Shown: positions 43,147-58,049 of the stretch, piece after piece
How the letters are laid out: each line of letters starts with the position of its first letter
Position numbering within the stretch: position 1 is the first letter of the stretch
Assembly (NCBI GenBank): GCA_951406725.2
Contig: OX597820.1
Location: 60,946,001-61,010,000 of the forward strand
DNA length: 64,000 bases
Source: Octopus vulgaris
Lineage: Eukaryota
Direction of reading: 5' to 3'
Notes under the pieces: generated by a model
What the model was told of the DNA's origin: nothing
The model's input: only the letters and a program-made list of their open reading frames with translations
Database searches by the model: none
Translations under genes and position numbers: made by a program

Positions 43147-43903
43147 CACTCTGTTTTATATAAATTTAGATTATATATATATTAACCGCGTACATTCTTC
43201 TTATGTGTATGTGTGTTGTGTTTGTGTATGTGGGTATGTGTGTGTGTATGCGCGTGTGTGTGTATGTGTGTGTCTTCTTTTATTTCAGCTGTGCTTTTGC
43301 TGGGGTACTGCTAGGGTCGTTACCTTTTCGACGGCCATTCCTATTTGGTTGGCTTTTTGTGATTGAGTGAGTGAGTGAGTGTGTGAGTTTATTGTTGTGA
43401 TGTAGATTCGTCTAGGATCTTGGACAGCAGAAGAATAAGGTACTCCATGTAGATCTCTCAGGCTTTTCAACACGATATTAAATAGCTGTGGGTCTGAATC
43501 CCAAGTTCTTGCAGTATCTGAAATGGGTGTCCTGTTCAGTGTCTGGTATAACTCTTGATGCCAAAGTTTTGTGCCAGTATATCACTGCTAGTTTCTCCTG
43601 TCTTTGATCCTTGGAGTAAAGTCGTGATTCTTTCAGTTTCTCCCAGATTTCCCAACGCATTTGCTTCTGCGAGTTCTACTTTTCTTTGTCTTAGCGCTCA
43701 CCTTCGGCCAATGGCCATCTTCAGTTCGCTTGCTACTGCCTTCAGTTTTACTTCTGCTTTTTCCAGACGGCCTTTTATTGCTAGAGTTTTCCTTGAACTC
43801 ACAGCTGTCCAATAATTGTATTGACAGTGACTAGGTTGGAAGCCAACTTCGAAGTCACTGAAAGAGAGGGAGGAAGTGATAAAGGAGGAGAGAGAAAGTT
43901 GTG

Positions 43904-44042
<139 letters not shown>

Positions 44043-44846
44043 GTATCCGTAAATATGTATGTATCATCATCATCATTCAATGTTTGTTTTCCAAGCTATC
44101 TTGGGCTGGACAGTTTGACAAGAGCTGGCAATGCCAGAGTTCCGCACCAGATTCCATAGTCTGTTTTGACTTGGTCTCCACAGCTGGATGCCCTTCCCCT
44201 CACCAACCAATTTATAGAATACTTTTTACATAGCACCAGCCCTAATGCTTTTTGCATGACGCCATCACAAGTGCATTTTACGTGACCCCAGCACCAGTGC
44301 CCTTCATAGGCAAGCGTTACGAAGGTAGTTTTAGAATATCAATTCTATTCTAGTGTAGTGGGTGGGTTATCTTGAGTACACCATATACCTTGATCTTTTG
44401 TCATTTTCTTCATAAGGCTCAACATTTTGAGGTCTACTTTAGGTGATCAGCACTTCTTTATGCATCTATGCCAATCCATACACATTACATGACAAAACCA
44501 GTGTAGTCCTCTCTCCTGCACGCCGCATTGAATTCCTCATATCTAACTTGTCTCTGAATGCACTAGCACTCTGTCACAGATGTACATGTACATGTATATA
44601 AGTATTATACTTATATATATGTGTATGTATACTTCCGGCCATTACATCATGTTGAACCGTTAATCCTTTCACATTTTTTCTCTCTCCGTTTTTTTTTCTA
44701 CTTAATCCTTTCTGTGGAACAGTATACGCTTGAAATGTCAAAGGCTTTTCCATTCTTCCTGAGAATTAGACTAATAGACCTGCTTGTTGTTCCTACACCT
44801 GTCTTTGTCTTTTGTTTTCTGTAAATTTGAACTATATATATATATG

Positions 44847-44912
<66 letters not shown>

Positions 44913-44915
<3 letters not shown>

Positions 44916-45762
44916 CGAAGAGATACCCAAAAGAAACCAGAATTTTGCAATATCATTTTATTAACTTACTTTTACCTGTTTACACTTTTATTGCATTTAA
45001 AGTCTTCTCCATTTGAAACCATACATTGTTCCAGATGCTTTTTTCGCTGTTCGAAGCAGCACTGGAACTTTTGTGAAGTAATGCCTTTTAACGCCTCCAT
45101 TGCTTTTCTTCACCTCTTCCAAATCTGAAAATTCAGATCTGAATCAAATTCTAACTGTTCTTTCAGTTCATGACATGCATTCAGTCGTGACTGCTTTTAA
45201 TCTTCCGTAAGCAAGCGTGGCATACATTTCTCTGCAACTCTTTTCATTCAAAATTTCTCACTCAAAATTCGTTGGCAGGAGCTCAGGGACACATCAGTCA
45301 TATCAACAAGTTCGTCAACTGTTCAGTGACGGTTCTTCAAGATCAGTTCATGAGTTTTCATGTTTTCATTCGTTAGGGATGTAAATGGTCGCTCTGAACG
45401 GGACTGGTGTTCAAGCTGCAAGTGACCATTCCTAAAGCATGAAAACAACTCATAAATTTGTGCTTTGCTGATGGCAGCATCCTTATTACCTGTTTGAAGC
45501 ATGAAAACTGTTTCAGCCATCAGAAAACAGAATTTTTTAAAAGCACATTGTTCTTTTGTTTCAGCCATCGCAAAAATCGATGGACAGGGTAGAAGCACTG
45601 TAAAACAAAGACGCACCACGTTGCAGTATGAACTTATTCGCCGCCATCTCTCAACAGACATGCCTGAGGCTTGCATCAAGTGACTTCTAGCAGGAAAAGC
45701 CTGAAACTACAACGGGCTTGTCCCACAGAGAACGTTTCCGGTTATTTTTGGGTACCTCATAT
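44913..45762 (-). mobile_element. Decayed mariner element
   Basis: Imperfect TIRs (..TACCCAAAAGAAACC / GGTTATTTTTGGGTACC). Minus-strand peptide EQCAFKKFCFL...SKAQIYELFSCFRNG...RSERPFTS (mariner HTH N-terminus). Confidence 0.75.
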
Positions 45763-45771
45763 ATATGTGTC

Positions 45772-46646
45772 TACGTGGTTTGATCAATAAGTATTCGGAC
45801 TGTTGCCATAGCAACGAAGTCAAAACACGCATTGTGAAGCCGCTTGGCAAAGACTGACCTTAAACTCTGCTGTGCATGCACACTAAGTTTTGACGTTCTA
45901 GCTCACTTCCGCTGTTTACAGCAGTGCTTGGAAGGAAAGTGTGCATCGAGCGATCGTTGCATTGACCATGACAAAGAAAGTTATCATGGCGATGCCTGCA
46001 CAGAGGCTTGCGCCAAGTTGCAGAAACTGTACGGAGAGGAGTGTATGTGTCGCACACAAGTGTACAAGTGGTTCAGACGTTTCCAAGATAGCCAAAAAAG
46101 TGTTGATATTGACGTTCTGAGAGATCCACAACCAGCAGATTTGAAAACAACATCGCAGATGTGTGTGCGACTATGAGGGGAAATCATCGAATCACCATCC
46201 TGAGGATGTGCAGATTGATTTCATTTCAGTTCAGTCCATTATCACTGAAGATTTGGGTATGAGACATGTGTCAGCCAAGTTTGTGCCAAAACTGCTTTCA
46301 GCTGACCAAAAAGACACTCGGGTTTCAGTTGCACAAGATCTCATTGATAGTGTCGAGAAAGATGAAAACTGTTTGAAGACTTTGCGTAGGCCTCTGAGTC
46401 AATATCGCCAAGCTTTAGGCAAAATTTGATGCAAATTCTCTGCACAACTTTCTCTGTCATGGTCAATACGACGATCACACGCTACACACTCTCCTTCTAA
46501 GCACTGCTGTAAACAGCGGAAGTGAGCTAGAACGTTAAAACTTAGTGCGCATGCATAGTAGAGTTCAAGGTTAATCTGTACCAAGCAGCTTCACTTTGCG
46601 TGCTTTATTACAGCAACAGTCCGGATACTTATTGATCAGACCACTA
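45772..46646 (+). mobile_element. Internally deleted mariner with ~210-bp terminal inverted repeats
   Basis: TA-CGTGGTTTGATCAATAAGTA...GACAAAGAAAGTT is mirrored by AACTTTCTCTGTC...TACTTATTGATCAGACCAC-TA. Peptides MCRTQVYKWFRRF and DLGMRHVSAKFVPKLL. Confidence 0.85.
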
Positions 46647-47369
46647 TACTGTATATAAGGGATTATAATCCAAGCTGTGTCATTGTGAAGCACATGTGCA
46701 TGTCCACATTAATCAAACATAAGTATATAGATGTCTCATTTTGCTTGAATTATACATAGCAACTGAAATTTCTAGTAAATTCTATTTGCAGAGTAATTAC
46801 ATGAGAAAACAGCAGGCTTGAAACATTTGGTTTATTTTTAATTTCACCTTACATGTGTTTCATTAAAAGATAAGAGTTACAAAGATACACATATCAGAAA
46901 AAAGGGATAGAATCTCCTATCCATAATTCTTCTGACAAAACTTCAAAAGTAATACAAATTTACTATGGTTGATTTTGCAATTAAGCTTAATGCTTAAAAC
47001 TAAAAATTGCAGCATAATCCAGTGTAAATTTGTGTTATTTTCAAATCTTTGTCTGAAGAATTAAAGATTAGCTGCCAAATCTCCTTCAAACAATTTATCC
47101 TTAGTTCAAAAAGAAAAAGCAGAATCTCAGAAAACTGGAAGAAAGACATAACAAAATATGTTGATAATGGTCAGGAAAAAAGAAATACAGAAAGCTGGGT
47201 GTCAGTCTCTCCTTCTGATACCAACCTACCTTTGTTTGCCCCAGGTTCTATGACAGTAGTCTAAATTATAATCTTCCATCAAAAATTTTGCTAATCTGTT
47301 CCAGACCCCAACTTAATAATGAGAAAGTTATTTTATTAAATTCTTCATTATTTTGAAAATTAATTGCTC

Positions 47370-47830
47370 CATTCATCTTCCCACACAGCCTCAGATTCAA
47401 CACGGAGGGCTTTATCAAGTGCTTGGAGAAGGCAGTACTGCCCTGGGTCAAGAGGGTGGCTGCTGCAAGACCCTATCTGGCAATAGGTCTCTGCACCAAA
47501 CCACACAAGCAGGAGGTCCCAATCATGGTTGTCAGACAATTTCTGTGACCACACCACCCCTAGCACCTGGCCACCTAACTCCCCAGACTGCAGCCTCCTT
47601 GATTATTGTTTTTGTGGTGCAGTTGATGAACTGAAGGCAAGGATTATGGCAGCATTCACCAACTTAAACAAGGAGACCATCCAGAAGAGTTGCAGGAGAT
47701 TCCAAAGTCGTCTGGAGGCCGTGATTGAAGCCAATTGCGATTTTTTAAAATAAATTTACTCCTTAGTATTTGAAGATATTTTTTATGTAATTTTGGTAAA
47801 TATATCTGTTAAAATGAGAAGTCTGTGTTA
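47370..47830 (+). mobile_element. Tc1/mariner transposase C-terminal relic
   Basis: WPPNSPDCSLLDY and CRRFQSRLEAVIEAN motifs. Confidence 0.75.
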
Positions 47831-47855
47831 TATATATACATACACACACACACAT

Positions 47856-47919
<64 letters not shown>

Positions 47920-48059
47920 ATATATATATATACACATATATATATACACATATATTTACCTGCATATATACACGCACATACATAAAAAAGCACGTGCGTG
48001 TATATGTATGTATGTATGTATGTATATATATTCAAATTAAGGGTGGGAAGCAGGTAATA

Positions 48060-48149
48060 TTCAGGCTACATATGTTTCCTTGCTAGTAGATCTTCTAATG
48101 TAATAATTGCTCAACGAGGAGAACCCAGCTAGCTACTCATCAGACCGAA
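48060..48149 (-). ncRNA. Type-I hammerhead motif with long stem II
   Basis: Minus strand reads TTCGGT-CTGATGA-GTAGCTAG...CTAGCAAG-GAAA-CATATG-TA-GCCTGAA, with palindromic ACATATGT. The base of stem II is imperfect. Confidence 0.6.
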
Positions 48150-48446
48150 GATACCTTAATGATATAAAAGTTACTTTGCCGTTATGGAATCCCAGTTTAA
48201 CTCGCCAAAGATGTAATTTGAAATGCTCCACTCCTTCAATTTGGATTTTCATTTGCATTCATAGCAACTCAAGTTCTTAACCGTGAACTAGGAAAACATT
48301 GTTTATCTTACCGAACTTCGATATGGGAAAATCCTATAACCCTCGACGTCAATGAATTATTATTGTTCCTGAACGTTTTTTTATACCTACCACGGACTTC
48401 CCGAAGCTTACAAACTTCCTACAATTAGATCTTTAGATTTTATAAC

Positions 48447-48489
<43 letters not shown>

Positions 48490-48574
48490 GTGTATGTATC
48501 CATGTATGTATGTATGTAAATATATGTATATATATATATGTATAAATGCATGTGTATATATATATATATATATG

Positions 48575-48741
<167 letters not shown>

Positions 48742-49679
48742 AACTGACATTCCTCATGCATCCTTTGCAGTGGTAAGGCGCTAATTTTTTTCCTATTATG
48801 CCTGTATTCATTTAATGATTCTTCTGTGGCTTAGTAGTATTTTGACTTCTATTTTTAGCTAAGCAGGTGCTTATGTAGTACACTAGTATATATTAATATA
48901 TGTATATATCTTATATATAATTATTTATTTTGCCTATACGGCTTTTACGCTTGCGGCCACTAACACTATCATTTTAAAGAATAATATCGTTCTTTAATAT
49001 TTATATATAATATTTAGTATTTAGTATTTTGGTACATTTACACCATTTGTCGACAGCAAGAATATTTCTCCATGACAAAACACAGTGAATGACTTTATTA
49101 CGGGTTCGAACATACCCCAAGCATATTTGAACTGTTAATAACCTTGTGTCAGTATATGTATACACTAGGAAATAATTACATCGCCAATTGCTTCATTACA
49201 CATAAACTTTGTTTTGTGTCCTTAATTGCTCTTTCAGTTCTTGCTATCTCAGCTTGCGGCAGAATACGCAACACTGTGAGATAGTTGTGTCTATAGTATT
49301 CGATCTTGGGCTAGAGCGTTGAAGGAAATCACGTCGATGCCTATCCATGCTGTGATGCCCACCTCTGTTTTTCTTTCTATTTATTATGCTTTCCGAACAG
49401 ATCTTGTTGATACCACAATCGCTTAGCGTGGCCAGGCAGTTTGAGTACTTTCCTTTTGCTGACATAGTTGATTAGTTGTTGTAATTTGGTTATTTTTCTT
49501 AGATCTTCGGTTCTGACATGGTCTGAGAGCTTGGTGTTAGTAAAAAGTCAAATTACATTATTCTGAAAGGTTTCCAGCTCCTGTAGTGCAACATAAGTTT
49601 AGTCCATATAAAACTATTGGAACATAGGTATTGTAGATACCTGATTTTTAATTATCGAAAGATTCATAGAATTAAAAAG

Positions 49680-49800
49680 ATCACTATATATATGCTTCAT
49701 AGACTTCACCAAAGCGTTTGACGGTGTAAAGCTTCACCGTCTATGGAAATTTCTTGAAAGCACCAGAGTCAACGAGAGATACATAAACCTGCTAAAACTC
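49680..49800 (+). mobile_element. LINE RT relic
   Basis: Peptide LYICFIDFTKAFDGV. Confidence 0.55.
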
Positions 49801-51114
49801 GCAATATTTCAATCGGTCTTGGTTGGGCAACCTTTGATAAGAACAAAATTACACCTCAAAGCGAATACTATACCACGTGAAATCCGGCATCTTGTTTGCT
49901 ATTCTTTGCCTATTAAAGATTCGAACCTTCGACTTTCAAGAACTACTGTAACAGGACAATGCTTCCCAGCTGGAACTTACGGTGGTGTTTCCGCCATGTA
50001 TCGTAAAGAGTGTCATTTTGCTACATAACTGCGAATGATTTATTTCCAGAAGCTGGAGTCGTGGGATTTAGGTATGGAACACTAATGGAAGACCATACGG
50101 TCAAATGTTTAACTGTGTCGGATGGATCAAGGATGAAATTTAGTTGACGCTAAAGAGAATCAACGTAAACTTAACATTCACCGATCAGTTAGATGGTTTA
50201 AAATATTAGAGATTTCTACACAGAGAATGCTCTGGAGTCGAGCGATGTTTTATGAGCTGATGTGAAGACGATTATATGGAGCAGTGATAATACAGTGATA
50301 ATACAGTAAATGCTGAATTAGAAGTATCATCAACAGTAAAGGGAACTCGCGCGACCACACACATGCACACACACAAACACGCACAACACACACACACTTA
50401 TACACGCATATACAAATATTGATAGGGAGAGAAAGAGTTGTAGAGATATTTGCTCACTTATTCAAATATATACGAGAGTGAGAGCGAGGGAGAGAGAGAG
50501 AGAGAGAAGACAGAAAGCGATGCTGACGTTAAAAGTATTCTGTGAGAGCCCATAGATGGATAGCTGTTTATTTTAACTCTCAACAACTAAGAGCTGCATA
50601 GGATCTTTACTTAATATTTTCTGTTATTTTATTTGCCATGTTATATCCATACCATTCTTCAGGCTTAATGTACGGTCAAACATTTCTTTCCGACATCATG
50701 TTCCACATTAAACAATGTCTTTTCTTTCGCTAAAAGAATTCATTTTAACTCCGTTGAACCAACAAAGTTTTAAGTGTGAAACGAGATGAAGTATCACAAT
50801 ATTGTTCTCTTGTAACAACACATACATCGGTGAATGTGTCAAGAGACGTGACGTATTCATTTGAATTGGCTTAAGAATCGATTGTTTACGATGCGCAGTG
50901 CATACTGTTGCTAGTTTAACAAGTTTTATGCAACTGTGATCAGAGTTTTGGCGAGCATACAGATCTCATATGCTGCTTTGCATACAACGATTTGTATATC
51001 AACGGAGTGTTCAAACTGTTTCCTGAGATATTCTGTTGAGAGCTTTAGCTGATGACATTTTTACATAATCTCAGCTTAGGCGCATTTAGATTTAAGATCA
51101 TGGAGAGTGTAACG

Positions 51115-51153
51115 ATAATGATAATGATACTACCACCACCACCACCAACCACC

Positions 51154-51209
<56 letters not shown>

Positions 51210-51266
51210 TACTACTACTACTTCTTCTTCTACTACTACTACTACTACTACTAATAATAATAATAA

Positions 51267-51297
<31 letters not shown>

Positions 51298-51362
51298 AAG
51301 AAGAAGAAGAAGAAGAAGAAGAAGAAGAATGACGACAGCGACGACGAGGGGGAAGAAGAATG
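51115..51362. repeat. Compound trinucleotide microsatellite (CCA/CTA/TAA/AAG)
   Basis: Successive tracts are directly visible. Confidence 0.9.
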
Positions 51363-51468
51363 AATATTTCTCAAGTAGGTTCAAACTAACATTGTGCCCG
51401 ATAGTGAGTGAATAATTATACACAGACAAACATACACACACGAGCTGGACAGTAAAGAAATTTACGTC

Positions 51469-51523
<55 letters not shown>

Positions 51524-51551
51524 TATGTAGACTTTTGCGTGTGCGCATGTG

Positions 51552-51689
<138 letters not shown>

Positions 51690-51786
51690 CAGATAGATAT
51701 TATTATTTGTTTTAATGTTTAGTTGAATTAAAACAAATTTACATTAATCTAAAGGGTTCCTCCATACTTTTGTAGCGTACAAATCT

Positions 51787-51916
51787 ATTATTCGACAAGA
51801 ATAGTATTGACAGTGATATCGAAGTATAGACCAGCTAAGCCATCACTATTCTGATGATAGCTTAGTTGGCCGAAACTTCGAAGTCACTGTCAATCCTATT
51901 CTTGTTAAACAATAAT
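51787..51916. repeat. Fold-back duplication containing a hammerhead core (51851-51885, +)
   Basis: Arms pair around CACTATTCTG. The right arm reads CTGATGA-TAGCTTAGTTGGCC-GAAA-CTTCGAAG-TC, with palindromic ACTTCGAAGT. Confidence 0.6.
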
Positions 51917-52611
51917 ATATATATACTTTTCAAGTATCACTTGAAAAGGAAAGTGAGAGTAGTGAGGCAAGTTTTGTCTAGCGAATGTTTAAAAAAAAGA
52001 TGGGTGAATGTAGCAAGGATGGCACGTATGAATGACGAAGCCACCTTGAACATAATCCTATGAACCCGGAAAATTTAAAACAGAGGGTTACCTACTTGCA
52101 AACAAATGTGGTAACATTTAACATTATTGACCGAGGTCACCGTGGTCTTTTCCGTAGGCTTTTCTTCCCACGGATAAACCTTATCTGCTTCCCCCGTTGC
52201 ACTTTACATCATGATACTGTGATACACGATCCCAGTTGATCGTTTTTTTCTTTTTTTTCCTTTTCCCTTTTTTCCTTCTTTCCCTTTTACGATCCCTTTT
52301 GATCGAAAACCTACCTCACCTTTTTTACTTTTCTCTCCCCCAAAAAGAAAAGCTCTACTTTGCAATCTGTAATTTGTGTGCAGCCCTGTGTGGCTAATAA
52401 AGAGGGAGTACCCAAAAGTAACCGGAAACCTTAGTGAGACAAGCATGTCGTTGTTCGGGCTTGTTTATCTTTTCTATTTTGTTTGTCAATATATCTGGTG
52501 GGGAGTAATTTTGTCTATAAATTGCTGAAAATAGTACACTGCTTCGAGCATTCATTCTCACAATGAGTGAAATGACAGAATGATATTACGAAGAACTTAT
52601 TTCAAAGAATC

Positions 52612-52713
52612 CTCCTGAAGCAGCGCATCTTACACCTTTGATAGATTATAGTAATTACGCAATTTGTTAATTATATAATTTCACCATAAAAATGTATCGA
52701 AACAATTGTAGGA
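52612..52713 (+). ncRNA. Decayed hammerhead motif
   Basis: CTGAAGC (A9>C) ... ATGTATC-GAAA-CAATTG-TA-GGA, with palindromic ACAATTGT. Confidence 0.4.
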
Positions 52714-52763
52714 ATTTTAGATAAAGAATGTCGTTCAATCCATTTTCTTTTATGTGTGAGTGC

Positions 52764-52812
<49 letters not shown>

Positions 52813-53429
52813 ATGTATGTGTACACATACATACAACTATATATACATATGTATGTATTATTTAATAAGTATTTATATCTGTTTACATGTATAGAAAAAT
52901 GTACATAAATTTATCAATATTATCACAGATAATATTATAGAAATCTTTTACAAACTCATAAAGCGATCGTTAAGTAGAAAAATAATTTATGATGTCAAAA
53001 TGGAAATCCAATAATCTCTTCATGAAATATAAATTTAATTTATGGATAAATAAGAAATTCAAAGATTCCTTTGATATTTGCATGGATACTTGGGACTCAG
53101 CTAAGGCTATCCACTTCGTTGGCTTATATATTATTCGCAAATGAAAACCTACTTTCCTCATAATAAGAGCGGACTTTATCGCGACGATGTATTATTAACC
53201 CGATATAATATTCACGCAAGTTGTAATGCTGCTACAAAAAGACCTTCCCCGTTTTCTACGATAACATGCTTATCTAAATAATCGTCGAAATTCATCTTGC
53301 AAATCTCACTTTCTCGTCGTTACCTTTGGATTGTCCAATTCTTTTTATCAACCATACCACAAACATAATATAACATTTAATTACACGCATAGACACTGCA
53401 ACTAGATCATGTATATTAGTTTCTGTACT

Positions 53430-53730
53430 AGGCACACGGCTCAAAATTTAGGGGGAAGGGCCAGTCGATTATATCGACTTCAGTACGCAACTGGTACTTA
53501 ATTTATCGACCCCGAAAGGAAGAAAGGCAAAGTCGACCTCGGCGGAATTTGAACTCAGAACATAAAGACAGACGAAATAGCGCTAAGTATTTCGCCCGGC
53601 GCCCTAACGATCCTCCCTGCTCGCCACCTTAGCTAGTTCATGATAAATTAAGTACCAGTTGCGTAATGGAGTCGATCTAATCGACTGGCCCTTTCCTCAA
53701 AAATGTTGGGTAAAGTAGAAAAAGAATAAA
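53430..53730. mobile_element. SINE family B (minus, 53430-53630) abutting a truncated plus-strand copy (53642-53730)
   Basis: CTGGTACTTAATTTATC versus GATAAATTAAGTACCAG form an inverted pair. Confidence 0.75.
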
Positions 53731-53886
53731 TCATAGAAATACCACCCGACACCTACGTCGGATAATACCTGTTTAGTGATACTGCTAGCATTTTCTTCTA
53801 AGCCGGTAGGTAAGGGATTTGGTTTAAGTATAGGGTTAATAGTGAAGAACTACTAGAGAAAATTATATATATATATATATATATAC

Positions 53887-53917
<31 letters not shown>

Positions 53918-54284
53918 GGTTATAACATGAGATAGGGGTTGAAAATTCAACCCACCATGGGATAATATATATCCAATATACTGCCAGATAGGTACCCAAC
54001 AAGATTAATACATAGATGTTAAAAATTGTCAAACAATCAGTTCATCAAATGTATTATATGGGTAAAGGTAATAATATTACCGTAAATTAATACTACAAAA
54101 TTAGAGAATGGAGAAACATACTTAAATCAATAAAACATCAACTATCCGATGATACCCAATCAATACTTTAATACACCATTACATATGAGTAGAGGCATTA
54201 TACAAAAAGAGATATACATTAATAGTAAAAAGATAAAGAGATATAAGTAAAAAATTTCAAATATGATATGCAATTAATCAAAAA

Positions 54285-54392
54285 CTGACAGCTGTTTCGG
54301 CAGTGAGGGCAGTCATACCTCATTTAACTTATAAGCCATAAAGGCAGGTATAAATGAGGCATTAACAAGGATGCCCCACGGCCTCTTCAGAG
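54285..54392 (-). ncRNA. Type-I hammerhead motif with extended stem II, in Penelope-like debris
   Basis: Minus strand reads CT-CTGAAGA-GGC-C-GTG-GGGCA...GCCTCATTTA...TAAATGAGGT...TGCCC-T-CAC-T-GCC-GAAA-CAGCTG-TC-AG, with palindromic ACAGCTGT. Stem I is short. Confidence 0.65.
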
Positions 54393-54734
54393 AATTAAAT
54401 TAAATTTGTTATAATTGTGAAAAATATTATATAATCATATACATATAAATATAAAAATATAAAAATGTAAAATATAAAAACTTATACATCATAATGCTAC
54501 ACTTATATAATATAATACACATTGGTACAATAAAGGAAGGTAAACAGAACAAAATAAAACAAAATATATATCAGTGTATATATTAATATTAATAAGTACC
54601 GATATTATACATATTTGGCTAATATTTTTTTTAAAAAAAACCTAACACATAGGGAGATGAAAAATAATAATTAAAACCATGGTTCAGTTCATAAAATTCT
54701 AAAGCTATAAAAGTTAATAAAAATTACTATTAAT

Positions 54735-54804
<70 letters not shown>

Positions 54805-54821
54805 GATACAGTTAAGTTTGC

Positions 54822-55213
54822 ACAAAGTCCATCCTGGGAAAGTGTTTCCTACTATAACCTCGGCCCAACAAAAACTTTGTGAGTGAAATTGTTAGACGGA
54901 AACTAAAATTAGCCCGATTTATATATGTGTGTGTATCTTTGTGACTGTGTTCGCCCCCACCATCACGCCTTGAAAACTGGTGCTGGTCTGTTTACATCCC
55001 CGTAACTTAGCGGTTCGACAAAGTCCATCCTGGGAAAGTGTTTCCTACTATAACCTCGGCCCAACAAAAACTTTGTGAGTGAAATTGTTAGACGGAAACT
55101 AAAATTAGCCCGATTTATATATGTGTGTGTATCTTTGTGACTGTGTTCGCCCCCACCATCACGCCTTGAAAACTGGTGCTGGTCTGTTTACATCCCCGTA
55201 ACTTAGCGGTTCG
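54822..55213 (+). repeat. 196-bp direct tandem duplication inside a SINE family A copy
   Basis: 54822-55017 and 55018-55213 appear identical. Confidence 0.9.
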
Positions 55214-55482
55214 GCAAAAGAGACCGATAGAATAAGTACTAGGCTTTAAAAATAAGTCTTGTGGTGAATTCCTCTTACTAAGGCCTTCAAGGCTGTGCTC
55301 CAGCAGTGCCGCAGTCAAATGACTGAAACAAGTAAAAGAATAAAAGAATATGTGTGTGTGTGTGTGTGTAAGAACCTTTATAAATATATGTATATATCTA
55401 TATACATACCTTTATATATACATACATATATATGTAGGCATACGTATGTATGTCACACTGCACGCGCGCACGCACACACACA

Positions 55483-55584
<102 letters not shown>

Positions 55585-55799
55585 ATGCATATACATACAT
55601 CTATACACAGCAACAGAAAGTTCTCGATCATGTATAGAATTCATAAAAGAATAATAATGAAAATAAAGATAGGTTAGAAAAATTAATTAATAAGAAATCC
55701 CGTTTTTTTTTCGAACTTTCGTAAAGGAAGTACGAAGAAAAAAATGTACCGGAAATAAGGAGGGATTCTCGAATCTAGAGAATTTATACCATCCTATGG

Positions 55800-57100
55800 T
55801 GATTTTTACAAGAAATTGTCTTTTCTGTGGTCATTTCATTATTTCGTGAAGCAGTGTTATTTAAGCCAGAATCTTTTTTATATATAAAATGTCTATTTTA
55901 AACGTTATAGCGGATCGTCCGTTAAGCATTATTAGATAAATTTTGGAATTTGCACTTCCAGCCAATTTGTAAATGTCTGTTTAGATGGAATTTCTTTGGT
56001 TACAGATTGTGTATTTGCTGTTTATGTATCCTCTCTTGTTCACATAGGGAGATTCCGGTTTGGCTGATGTGATTTTTCACACATTAAGACGTGTTATGCA
56101 ATACATATGATCTCTTGTTTTCCAGGTCATGTCTGCGTTTATCTTGAAAAATCATCCGTTTATTAATTTTATCTTGGTGCCAGTTTTTAAATGGTTGAAA
56201 TTTTCATTAATGTATATTCTGCCATCAGTAATCACCACCACCTTTTAAAATTATTACATAAATTTCTGGGTTATTTTCTGAAGTGAATTTTGCCCCTGTG
56301 AGATATTTTTTAAAACCATTTGGCTGACGATTGCAGTTGAGTACTGGGCTTTCGAAGATCCAGTTCTTCATTTTTGTGTTTGGAAAAAGACTGGTAGATT
56401 TGTTTTGATAGAAGTGAATATTCATATTCTTGGGTCATAAGTCTTGATAAATGAGAATACGTTCTCTTCAAGTTTTATTTTGGAGTCCAAAGTCTAGATA
56501 CATTCTGCACCTTTGCTTAATATAATCCCGTTGTTTATTAATTTCAGGAGACATTTTTACAGTTTTATAAAATTTCTCAGTTCTTCTTTTTGCATTTATT
56601 GTAGTTCCGGCTTATTGTAGGTCTGGATTAACGACTGTTCATATATTCATCTTGCAATACAGTGTTAGATATTTTGTCTGATGTATGATGGGATATGGGT
56701 AAAATATTTAAATATTGGTGTGTATCAAGATACCTCTTTCTTTGTGAATTTAATTGAGGTGAGTGTTTAAGATGCAATGAAAAGCATGTAATTCATTTTC
56801 TCAGCTCTTCCAGTCACACCCATCCATACACATAGATCTCACATGATAATGCATGAATATATTTCAATAGGCCCAAAATTCCTTAATACAAATCTTAAAT
56901 CTTTACCTTAAAATTTTCGCTATTTCACATGTAGTGAAAGCTAACCTCTCAGTCATAATAAAAAAGATGTTCACCTCTATTTTAAAGAAGTACGATGGTT
57001 TATCCTCCAGTCCTAAGCAACACACACAAAAAAAGTAAAAAGAATTTAAGTTGTATTTCCTGGTTTTAAGGGTATCGTGAAAGCCTAGTGGGAGGCTCAA
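55800..57100 (-). pseudogene. Decayed Penelope-like element (RT thumb + GIY-YIG endonuclease)
   Basis: Minus-strand peptides DTHQYL, RQPNGFKKYLTGAKF and HISQTGISLCEQERIHKQQI (56009-56074; cf. YIGQT..L..R...H) occur in the expected order, with many stops and frameshifts. Confidence 0.6.
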
Positions 57101-57129
57101 ACTTCCGAGTTCTTTTACAGGGTTTATAA

Positions 57130-57253
57130 AAACTGAAGGAACGCTGCAATAAGTGTGTAAATCTGAGAGGGGGATATGTTGAATATAATCACAAGTAACT
57201 GATCCTTCTCTTTTCTTCTACCCAAGCCAGGAACTTTTCAGCACCATCTCGTT
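57130..57253 (+). mobile_element. mariner 3' end relic
   Basis: ERCNKCVNLRGGYVE* followed by a TIR-like CCAGGAACTTTTCAGCACCATCTCGT. Confidence 0.55.
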
Positions 57254-57907
57254 TACACATTCACACACACATACATATATACGTGTGTGTGTGTGTGTGT
57301 GTATAAGTGAAAAATGCATTAAATACTACAAAACGTACATGTAGGACAGACACCAGAACCCTAATACTTCATCAGTTATCGACCGGAAAATACTAATACT
57401 AAGTTTCGTGCCTTTAACGATAAGACTAAGAACTTCGTACACTAGCGGCATCAACGTTCATTTCGTTGATCAGAACAGGAATCGAAAGTTTCCTTACATG
57501 CCCTCTTCTGTTGCTATTAGAATTAATGAGTTGGGATATTTGGAGTTACTTTCAAAACCTTCCCAAGCTTTTTCTTACAGATATTGTAGGATTTGTTTTT
57601 TCTTAATTTTTGGAAGCATAGAAAATACGTATTTTAGAAGTTGGTACAATCTAATTTTATAGTGTATAAGATACCCTTAACGACGGAAAGAAGGGATAGA
57701 ATCACCCACACAAGCCATGTATGCATCGTATACTACTATAAACAATGTATTTGTTTATATGTGTGCGTGTATGTGTGTGCGTGTGTGTGTGTACCGGATA
57801 AGGTTATGATTTATCAATATCTATAATTTCTATTATAAACGTATAAATATCAATACATATACACTAACATACACACATATTTCTATATATGCATACACAC
57901 ACACATA

Positions 57908-58049
<142 letters not shown>

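Noticed and set aside
51052-51363. ORF with poly-P/T/N/K tracts
   Set aside because: It is a compound trinucleotide microsatellite open in several frames on both strands, with no splice or homology support.
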